DNA of 43,901 nt from a virus, in the IMG/VR virus record IMGVR_UViG_3300045988_025911. One strand, written 5' to 3'. Below, in pieces: positions 16,487 through 22,622 of the stretch (within the stretch, counting starts at the first letter, position 1; each line of letters opens with the position of its first letter). Under the pieces are notes generated by a model. That model saw only the letters and a list, made by a program, of their open reading frames with translations. It made no database searches and had not been told where the DNA came from. A program made the position numbers and the translations under genes.

Positions 16487-16671
16487 TGGGCGAACTCATG
16501 GACGCCGTTGGAGCGCTTGCAGAAATGGCGCTGCTGTTTTACAAAGCTACGATAAACGCGGGCGCAACAGAAGAACAGGCGAACATCCTGATAACTGCGT
16601 TCCTGCGGGCGTCATTGCAGAAAAACGGGAAGAACAAAGAAGAAAGAGAAGATAGCGGAGACACGGAATAA
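16483..16671 (+). CDS. Hypothetical protein (62 aa)
   Basis: ATGA overlap with the resolvase stop. AAAGGGGA lies upstream. Confidence 0.5.
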   Translation: MMGELMDAVGALAEMALLFYKATINAGATEEQANILITAFLRASLQKNGKNKEEREDSGDTE

Positions 16672-16695
16672 ACTTTTGCGATACCGCAGAAAAAG

Positions 16696-16720
16696 AACCC
16701 CGCCCACATCGGGCGGGGTT
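16696..16720. terminator. Bidirectional intrinsic terminator between convergent genes
   Basis: AACCCCGCCC-acatc-GGGCGGGGTT. On the minus strand it is followed by TTCTTTTTCT. Sits between stop codons at 16671 (+) and 16724 (-). Confidence 0.75.
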
Positions 16721-16723
16721 ATC

Positions 16724-17458
16724 TTATCTCGCAAAGACTCTTTGCAGAAATGAGCGTTGCTTCCGGTAAAACGTCGTAACCGCTTCGATCTCGTCGCATC
16801 CGGTATAAGGGACGTCATACCGCCAAACTCCGGCGGGCGTTTGATAGATACACTGGCCGTATCTCGGGAGCTGTTCCAAGCCGGGCATATCTAAGATATT
16901 CCGGCTTTGCTGCCGGGTAGCGGTGTGCAGGCCGCAAATGGCCGTAAAATTGACTTTAACCGCCGTCGGGATGATCGTTGCAAGCGGGCATTGCGTAACA
17001 AGAATAACATGCACTTTTGCGGCGCGCCCGATCTGGCAAAGGCGCTGGACGGTCGGCAATGTCTCTTTCTTTGCCGTGGTCATGAGGTCGGCAAACTCTT
17101 CGATGATGACATACACGTTCGCGCCGTCGTATGTGCGCATCCTGCGCCGCTGCATGTCCTTGTAGCGGGCGTTTACAATGCCCATCGCATAATCAAGCGC
17201 CGCTATGATGTCGCCGTGTTCCGTGGCGTGACGCAGTGTGTGCGGCATCGCGGCATATTCGTTAAGCTCTGTCCGCTTCGGATCGATAAGAATCATTTGT
17301 ATCTGGTTTGGATGGTGGCGCAGGATAGCGCACACCAGCCCATTAAGCAAAACGGATTTACCGGAGCCGGACGCGCCAGCAATTAGCAAATGCGGCTGCG
17401 AAAGCATATCAGCAAACAGGCCCGGAACCTGTCCGCCGATGTTGGTAATCTTTTTCAT
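16724..17458 (-). CDS. Minimal FtsK/SpoIIIE-HerA-type P-loop ATPase (motor domain only)
   Basis: Walker A LLIAGASGSGKS, Walker B VYVIIEEFADL, and HVILVTQCP...TRQQSRNILD resembling the FtsK ATQRP...DSR region. Only about 20 residues precede the P-loop. Confidence 0.85.
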   Translation of the reverse strand: MKKITNIGGQVPGLFADMLSQPHLLIAGASGSGKSVLLNGLVCAILRHHPNQIQMILIDPKRTELNEYAAMPHTLRHATEHGDIIAALDYAMGIVNARYKDMQRRRMRTYDGANVYVIIEEFADLMTTAKKETLPTVQRLCQIGRAAKVHVILVTQCPLATIIPTAVKVNFTAICGLHTATRQQSRNILDMPGLEQLPRYGQCIYQTPAGVWRYDVPYTGCDEIEAVTTFYRKQRSFLQRVFAR

Positions 17459-17736
17459 GCTATTTCCTCTTTCGGTTTGGCAAAGAAATATGTTCCGTTC
17501 GCTTTATAGCAGTCATTCCAATACTGCGCGACTTCTTCGGCGCGTTTCTTTGTCGGAAGAATGTTCGCATGGATAATGCCGCCGATGCAGCCCAGACTGT
17601 GCAGAAGGTTGTCATTTTCGGAGCAGCGGACAACGAACGCATAATAACCGGGGCTATATTCCGAGTTTGTGCGCTCTGTGAAAGTCGTTTCGTTTCGGTC
17701 CTGTTTTACAGAAACTGCGATATAGAAGTTAGCCAT
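17455..17736 (-). CDS. Hypothetical protein (93 aa), middle gene of the minus-strand operon
   Basis: GGAGG 8 nt upstream of ATG 17736. Its stop overlaps the ATPase start (ATGA). No recognisable motif. Confidence 0.7.
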   Translation of the reverse strand: MANFYIAVSVKQDRNETTFTERTNSEYSPGYYAFVVRCSENDNLLHSLGCIGGIIHANILPTKKRAEEVAQYWNDCYKANGTYFFAKPKEEIA

Positions 17737-17765
17737 TGTTAAAACCTCCAATTTGTGCGGGGCGG

Positions 17766-18419
17766 TCAAACCGCCACCGCGAGTGTTTTATAGTCGAACG
17801 TGTGGCAAGCTGCGACGATCTCGCGCCGGGTGTCGTCGTGCCACCAGAAGCGCCAGCCGCGCGGGTTCTCGTAGATGTCCTGCGCGAATGCCTCCACGTC
17901 GATCTCTCCACGTCCGAAGTCTGTAGCCGCGTCGAATGCGTAGTCATCCGTGTATCTGCCCTCGGTGCGGCCTGCGACGATCTGCCCGGCGCGAATGGCT
18001 TTTGCAATCGTCCCGGCGTTCAGTCGGTCTCCCAGCTTCACGGGCTTCACAGGGGCGAATGGCGAAAACGTCCGGTTTCCCGGCTGTGTCCCTGCCGAGA
18101 CCGTCAGGCCGTCCACCTCGCGCATAGGCTTCCCGGCGCGAAGCCATGCGACAAGCTCAGAGAGGGTGTCACACTCCGGCGCGGCCATCTCTACATATTC
18201 AGTCATGCAGAGGCGGTCAGCGTCCATCTTCCACGAGCTGACCGAGAAAAGCCAGCGCGTGCAGGTCTCGCAGTTCTGCATCGCGTTCGCCAAGTCGATA
18301 ATAACAAGGCTGTTGCGGTACGGATGGGCCGATACGTTCAGGCCCTCAAAGTAGAGATCGTCATACTGGTTCAAAAGGTCGATCACGCGGAATGCTTCAC
18401 AGTTTTTAATGATTTTCAT
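17766..18419 (-). CDS. Hypothetical protein (217 aa), first gene of the minus-strand operon
   Basis: GGGAGGAG 6 nt upstream of ATG 18419. No motif that I can name. Confidence 0.75.
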   Translation of the reverse strand: MKIIKNCEAFRVIDLLNQYDDLYFEGLNVSAHPYRNSLVIIDLANAMQNCETCTRWLFSVSSWKMDADRLCMTEYVEMAAPECDTLSELVAWLRAGKPMREVDGLTVSAGTQPGNRTFSPFAPVKPVKLGDRLNAGTIAKAIRAGQIVAGRTEGRYTDDYAFDAATDFGRGEIDVEAFAQDIYENPRGWRFWWHDDTRREIVAACHTFDYKTLAVAV

Positions 18420-18478
18420 TGTTTGCTCCTCCCTGTTTTCTGCCGCTTGGCGGCTCCGTATCTCTTGTTTACATGCCT

Positions 18479-18507
18479 ATTATACACGGTACGAAGTACA
18501 AATGCAA
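18479..18507 (-). promoter_or_regulatory. Promoter of the minus-strand operon, TTGCAT-17-TATAAT
   Basis: Read on the minus strand: -35 TTGCAT (18507-18502), 17-nt spacer containing two GTAC cores, -10 TATAAT (18484-18479). Confidence 0.6.
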
Positions 18508-18555
18508 CCGGCAAACAGTACAAAGATACAACGTACATTTTGTGCATATTTGTAC

Positions 18556-18584
18556 TTTACAACGCTACCCGCGCATGATAATAT
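18556..18584 (+). promoter_or_regulatory. Divergent promoter of the RHH gene, TTTACA-17-TAATAT
   Basis: -35 at 18556-18561 and -10 at 18579-18584. RBS AGAGGTGA and the ATG at 18602 follow. Confidence 0.55.
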
Positions 18585-18601
18585 ATCATAGAGGTGATAC
18601 G

Positions 18602-18799
18602 ATGCCAATTACAGACGCGCGCCGCAGAGCAAATCAAAAGTGGGATGCGGAAAACATGGCTTATCAAACGATCAAGGTTAAAAAAACGCTGCTTGAGGAT
18701 TTCAAAGCGGCATGTGCAGTTAGGGGCGACAAGGTGAATACAGTTCTCAGGCAGGCCATGGAGGAATACACATACAAGGAGGAAAACGAAGATGCTTAA
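18602..18799 (+). CDS. Ribbon-helix-helix (CopG/Arc-like) DNA-binding protein
   Basis: 65 aa. RRRANQKWDAENMAYQTIKVKKTLLEDFKAACAVRGDKVNTVLRQAMEEY follows the beta-strand/helix/helix pattern of RHH regulators and antitoxins. Confidence 0.7.
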   Translation: MPITDARRRANQKWDAENMAYQTIKVKKTLLEDFKAACAVRGDKVNTVLRQAMEEYTYKEENEDA

Positions 18800-19070
18800 C
18801 GAGCTTGAACTACAGCAGGCGCTGGAAATCGCGGGCGAGGCCAGACGCGGAGCGGTACACGATATTCAAGTAATCATCGAAAACACGATTTCAAAGCAGC
18901 TTGAACTGCTGGCAGAGGGGCAACGGACGATCATTGAAACACTCACGCCGAGGAGCGAAACCGAGGAGCTGAAAGAGGAAATCGACTTTCTGAAATCTGT
19001 TATCCGGATGCACGCGAAGCAACTCGCCGAGCAGCAAAAGGAAATCGAGCAACTGAAAAAAGCACAATAA
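18792..19070 (+). CDS. Coiled-coil hypothetical protein (92 aa)
   Basis: AAGGAGG 9 nt upstream. Overlaps the RHH stop. Heptad-rich Glu/Leu/Gln sequence. Confidence 0.6.
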   Translation: MLNELELQQALEIAGEARRGAVHDIQVIIENTISKQLELLAEGQRTIIETLTPRSETEELKEEIDFLKSVIRMHAKQLAEQQKEIEQLKKAQ

Positions 19071-19074
19071 GCAA

Positions 19075-19107
19075 AGCACCGGCTACCGATTAACGGCGGT
19101 CGGTGCT
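19075..19107 (+). terminator. Hairpin after the RHH/coiled-coil pair
   Basis: AGCACCG...CGGTGCT outer stem with further inner pairs. The T-tract is poor. Confidence 0.45.
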
Positions 19108-19499
19108 CTTGCTATCCTGTGCAGTATCTATTTTTGCAATGCGGGAGCGTCAGCGGCTCGCATGTCTGAGGCCCCCCGCGCACCGGATGCACCACAGCGG
19201 CGCACAATGTACGCGCGTTGCTTACTCCTTTCAATCCGAGCACGCACCACTCTTGTAATATACGCGCCCCCGCGCAAAACTCCCATATCTGCCACGATTC
19301 CGCCGACGATCACGCAACGGAGCAGCGCACGGCGCAAAGTGATGCACGCGAACGGGCACCAATTCCCCGCAGCACGCCCAAAAGCCTTGATTTTCCCGTG
19401 CAAAAAATGTTATGCTTTTGCTAGCAGCGCAGCCGCAAGCTAGCTTGCGCACGCGCAGCCGACGCAAAAGCGCAATTTTGATTTTTACGGGGTGAGTTC

Positions 19500-20078
19500 A
19501 TGCCAAAGGCAACCGCAGCCAAGGAGCAATCAACAGAGATCGCAAAGCCCAAGCGCAAGCGCAACAGGCCCGATCTTGCCAACTTCGGCCAAGAGTACAT
19601 AGAGCCGGGAGACAATGCCCGATACCTTCGGAATGCTATGGTTGCGTGGGACTTGCCCCCGATCGACATCAGCGATCCCAAGCAGGTTGAACACCGCATT
19701 CAAGAATATTTTGAATTCTGCATCAATCAGGATGCGAAGCCAAGCGTTCCCGGAATGGGGCTATGGCTAGGCGTGGACGCCACTACTATTCGCAAATGGA
19801 GAGCAGGCGACTACAGGAGCACAACGCACCTACCGGTGATAAAAAAAGCGATGTTTGTGCTTGAATCCCTCTGGAATGATTGGATGCAATCCGGCAAGAT
19901 CAACCCGGCGTCCGGCATTTTCATTGGTAAGAATATGTTCGGGTACAAAGATACACAAGATGTTGTGGTAACTCCGAATAATCCGCTAGATAACGGGACT
20001 TCCCCTGCTGAGATTGCGGACAAGTATAGGGATGCACTGCCGGAAGCGGCCCCTGTGCCGGATATGTCGGATAAGTAA
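19500..20078 (+). CDS. terS: Terminase small subunit
   Basis: Basic N-terminus; HTH-like PSVPGMGLWLGVDATTIRKW; GKINPASGIFIGKNMFGYKD is typical of Firmicutes phage TerS. Lies upstream of terL. Confidence 0.8.
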   Translation: MPKATAAKEQSTEIAKPKRKRNRPDLANFGQEYIEPGDNARYLRNAMVAWDLPPIDISDPKQVEHRIQEYFEFCINQDAKPSVPGMGLWLGVDATTIRKWRAGDYRSTTHLPVIKKAMFVLESLWNDWMQSGKINPASGIFIGKNMFGYKDTQDVVVTPNNPLDNGTSPAEIADKYRDALPEAAPVPDMSDK

Positions 20079-20346
20079 CGCCACCAAATATCTATTTTGT
20101 TGCGTTGAATATCTGCGGAAAGTTGCGAAAACATGTTGAAAACCATTGAAACGTGAACGTTATGCACGTATGCAATGCATGAAGCGCATATTATACAGGC
20201 CGTGAAGGTGCATACCGGAGGGGGAAACGGAGCCCCAGGCCTCGGCCCGGTGAACGCTTTTACCACGGAAAATGTAAAAAGGCATTTACTTTCGACCGAA
20301 TTGAATACACGCCGCACCGATAAGGGGTTCGGTGTAAGCAGCAAAG

Positions 20347-20381
20347 AAGGGCTGACGTTGTAAGCGTCGGCCCTTTTGTTT
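20347..20381 (+). terminator. Strong intrinsic terminator immediately upstream of the terL RBS
   Basis: 11-bp stem AAGGGCTGACG/CGTCGGCCCTT with a 7-nt loop, followed by TTTTGTTT. GGAGGAG and ATG 20393 follow directly. Confidence 0.7.
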
Positions 20382-20392
20382 GGAGGAGAAGG

Positions 20393-22036
20393 ATGTACGA
20401 AGAGACGTTAAGCAGGATCAGACGATTCATCGAGTCGAGACCGGAGGATAGCGCGGCGTATGGGGACTACTTCGACATTGTCAGGGCAATGTGGGAAACG
20501 GATAGATGGAATGCGTTCAGGCACAATCTGTGGCTGAGAAATGCGACGGCCTTGAAGGTAAAAGAAGTGGAAGATGCGAAGGCAGTTCTCAAATTTTTCG
20601 AAATAAACAAAAAGACGTATCTCTTGGCTGCGAAAGATGACTTCGATTCTTACTGCGTATATCTGGAATGGAACAGGGACAAGACGAAACGGTTTTATGT
20701 TCCGAGAAGGGCGACTCTCCGGCCACTTGTACAGGACTTGCAGGAACTGAACGATGGGAAGTTGGATTTCCTCGGGGTGTCTTTGCCTCCGCGAGTTGGG
20801 AAGTCTACGCTCTGCATTTTTTTCATGACGTGGATCATGGGGAAGAGACCGGAAGTTGCAAATGTCATGTCAGGACACTCGGATAAGCTGACGGACGGGT
20901 TCTACAGAGAGACAATGAACATCCTGACGGACGCGGAAACGTACTCTTGGGCTGACGTGTTCCCGGATGTTAAGGTCGTGGATAATTCCGCAAAGAACGA
21001 GACGATTGATCTGGAGCGGAAGAAGCGCTTCCCAACGTTCACGGCGCGGTCTGTCGGCGGAACACTGACCGGCGCAGTCGAAGTCGGAACGGGCGGATGC
21101 TTGTATGTGGACGATCTGATAGAGGATCTGGAAGAGTCCTTGAATCCTGTACGGCTGCAAGCAAAATACGATGCGTATTTGAATCAGCTCAAAGACAGAA
21201 AAAAAGACGGGGCTTTCGAGCTGATGGTCGGTACACGGTGGAACGTTGCCGATCCGCTGGGAAGGATTCAGGAGCAGTACGAAGGAAACCCGCGATATCG
21301 ATTCCGCGTGATTCCGGCCCTGAACGAAAAGGGAGAATCGAATTTCAACTACCAATACGGGCTTGGCTTCTCTACGGAGTACTACAAGGACATGAAGGCC
21401 AGCATCGACGATGCGACGTGGTGTGCGAAGTATCAGGGTAAACCTTATGTTCGTGAGGGACTTTTGTTCCCTGCGGAGTCTCTTCGGTATTACAACGGCG
21501 TTTTGCCGGAAGACGATTTCTATAAAGTCGCTGTGTGCGACGTGGCGTGGGGCGGCGGTGACAGCCTTGCAATGCCCTTTGCGTATGTAGCGACGGACGG
21601 CAGCGTTTATATTCACGACGTTATTTTCAGCAAGGGCGCGAAGGACGTTACGCAGCCTCTTGTAGTTAACCGGACGAAGGAGCACAAGCCGCACAAGGAG
21701 CGCTTCGAGGCGAACAACGGCGGCGGAGAATATGCTTCGACTGTTGATAGACTGCTCCGAGGAATTGGGGTGACAACGAATATCACTTCTCAGAGAGCGC
21801 CGAACAATCAAAGCAAGCTCGGGCGGATTATTCAGTACTCCCCGGAAATCAAGAAGTTCTATTTCATCGACAAAGAACACAGAACACCGGAATACGACGA
21901 GTTTATGCGCGAAGTGTGTACCTTCTCACAGACAGGTAAGAACGTGCACGACGACGCGCCGGATAGTTTGGCAATGTTAGCCGACGAATTGTATCATGGC
22001 TCTGCGCAAATCGAGATCAAACGCCGAACGTTCTAA
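20393..22036 (+). CDS. terL: Terminase large subunit
   Basis: 547 aa. Walker A-like GVSLPPRVGKST and a C-terminal nuclease-like region with conserved Asp residues. Positioned between terS and portal. Confidence 0.9.
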   Translation: MYEETLSRIRRFIESRPEDSAAYGDYFDIVRAMWETDRWNAFRHNLWLRNATALKVKEVEDAKAVLKFFEINKKTYLLAAKDDFDSYCVYLEWNRDKTKRFYVPRRATLRPLVQDLQELNDGKLDFLGVSLPPRVGKSTLCIFFMTWIMGKRPEVANVMSGHSDKLTDGFYRETMNILTDAETYSWADVFPDVKVVDNSAKNETIDLERKKRFPTFTARSVGGTLTGAVEVGTGGCLYVDDLIEDLEESLNPVRLQAKYDAYLNQLKDRKKDGAFELMVGTRWNVADPLGRIQEQYEGNPRYRFRVIPALNEKGESNFNYQYGLGFSTEYYKDMKASIDDATWCAKYQGKPYVREGLLFPAESLRYYNGVLPEDDFYKVAVCDVAWGGGDSLAMPFAYVATDGSVYIHDVIFSKGAKDVTQPLVVNRTKEHKPHKERFEANNGGGEYASTVDRLLRGIGVTTNITSQRAPNNQSKLGRIIQYSPEIKKFYFIDKEHRTPEYDEFMREVCTFSQTGKNVHDDAPDSLAMLADELYHGSAQIEIKRRTF

Positions 22037-22215
22037 ATTGATGCACGTTTGCGTGCGCTATTTTCGTTGAAAGTGTACGAAAACAGACGTTTTCACGTGA
22101 TTCTGTGCTATTATCTATGTAAAGAGTTCTGCTCCGGCCTTGGCACGGCCATGTTTCATTACTTTCCTCCTTGGCATCCGGCTCGTCCGGGTGTCAAGGC
22201 GAGAGCAGAACATAC

Positions 22216-22291
22216 GGGACATTAGCTCAGTTGGTAGAGCAGCGGACTGTTAATCCGCCTGTCGGAGGTTCAAACCCTTCATGCCCCGCCA
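22216..22291 (+). tRNA. tRNA-Asn (anticodon GTT), CCA encoded
   Basis: Manual cloverleaf: acceptor GGGACAT/ATGCCCC (one A-C mismatch), D arm GCTC-AGTTGGTA-GAGC, anticodon arm GCGGA-CTGTTAA-TCCGC, T arm GGAGG-TTCAAAC-CCTTC. Confidence 0.85.
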
Positions 22292-22294
22292 TAC

Positions 22295-22380
22295 GGTGGA
22301 TGAATCCGGGCGGCCCGGAGCCTGCTTTGAACACAGTGCGCGGAGAGATCCGTTGAGTTCGACACTTACATCCACCGCCA
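22295..22380 (+). tRNA. Atypical tRNA-like RNA with 8-bp acceptor, 4-bp T stem, long D stem and long variable arm (allo-tRNA/tRNA-Sec-like architecture); possible anticodon TGA
   Basis: GGTGGATG pairs with CATCCACC, followed by G-CCA. TCCGGG/CCCGGA forms a D stem. CGGA-GAGA-TCCG forms a variable hairpin. TGAG-TTCGACA-CTTA forms a T arm. The anticodon stem is weak (CTG/CAG) around TTTGAAC. Confidence 0.5.
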
Positions 22381-22528
22381 GCGGCCGGGTCGCGCCCGGA
22401 GAATGTGTGCGCGACTGTCTAGCCATACAGAGAATACCAACGCTTGCTGAAAACTACGCAGATAGCGGCAAACCTAGGATGCGCCGCAAAAATTCTGTGC
22501 GTGATAATCTAAGCAGGAAGGCAGTCAC

Positions 22529-22605
22529 GGGCCGTTATCTCAAATGGCTAGAGCGACCGGCTCATAACCGGTAACATCTCGGTTCGACTCCGAGACGGCC
22601 CACCA
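22529..22605 (+). tRNA. tRNA with CAT anticodon (Met elongator or Ile2), CCA encoded
   Basis: Acceptor GGGCCGT/ACGGCCC, anticodon arm ACCGG-CTCATAA-CCGGT, T arm CTCGG-TTCGACT-CCGAG. The D stem has one mismatch. Confidence 0.85.
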
Positions 22606-22622
22606 ACGAAAAGGGGTATCCT

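Noticed and set aside
19128-19467. Several 68-93-aa ORFs on both strands in the GC-rich region upstream of terS.
   Set aside because: They overlap each other, are Arg/Ala-rich and have no RBS. The region is better explained as regulatory or packaging-site DNA.
20139-20151. The 13-mer AAAACCATTGAAA is shared between the terS-terL gap and the left prophage end (72-84).
   Set aside because: By rough expectation, several chance 13-nt matches are likely within a 44-kb sequence compared against itself on both strands. There is no additional flanking similarity.
20175-20363. 62-aa ORF inside the terS-terL intergenic region.
   Set aside because: It has no Shine-Dalgarno sequence, a Gly/Thr/Arg-rich low-information sequence, and it spans predicted RNA stems and the terminator.
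20870-21880. Long minus-strand ORFs opposite terL, the tape measure, tail, lysis and early genes (also 29068-29931, 27995-28948, 39906-40982, 8925-9821, 9745-10365, 13690-14349, 36931-37722, 43121-43672).
   Set aside because: All lie antisense to genes with clear motifs or synteny. They are Arg/Leu/Ser/Pro-rich as expected for off-frame translation of GC-rich DNA, and they lack Shine-Dalgarno sequences.
22171-22574. Track ORFs 22171-22356 and 22281-22574.
   Set aside because: They run straight through the tRNA-Asn, tRNA-like and tRNA-Met sequences and have no RBS.
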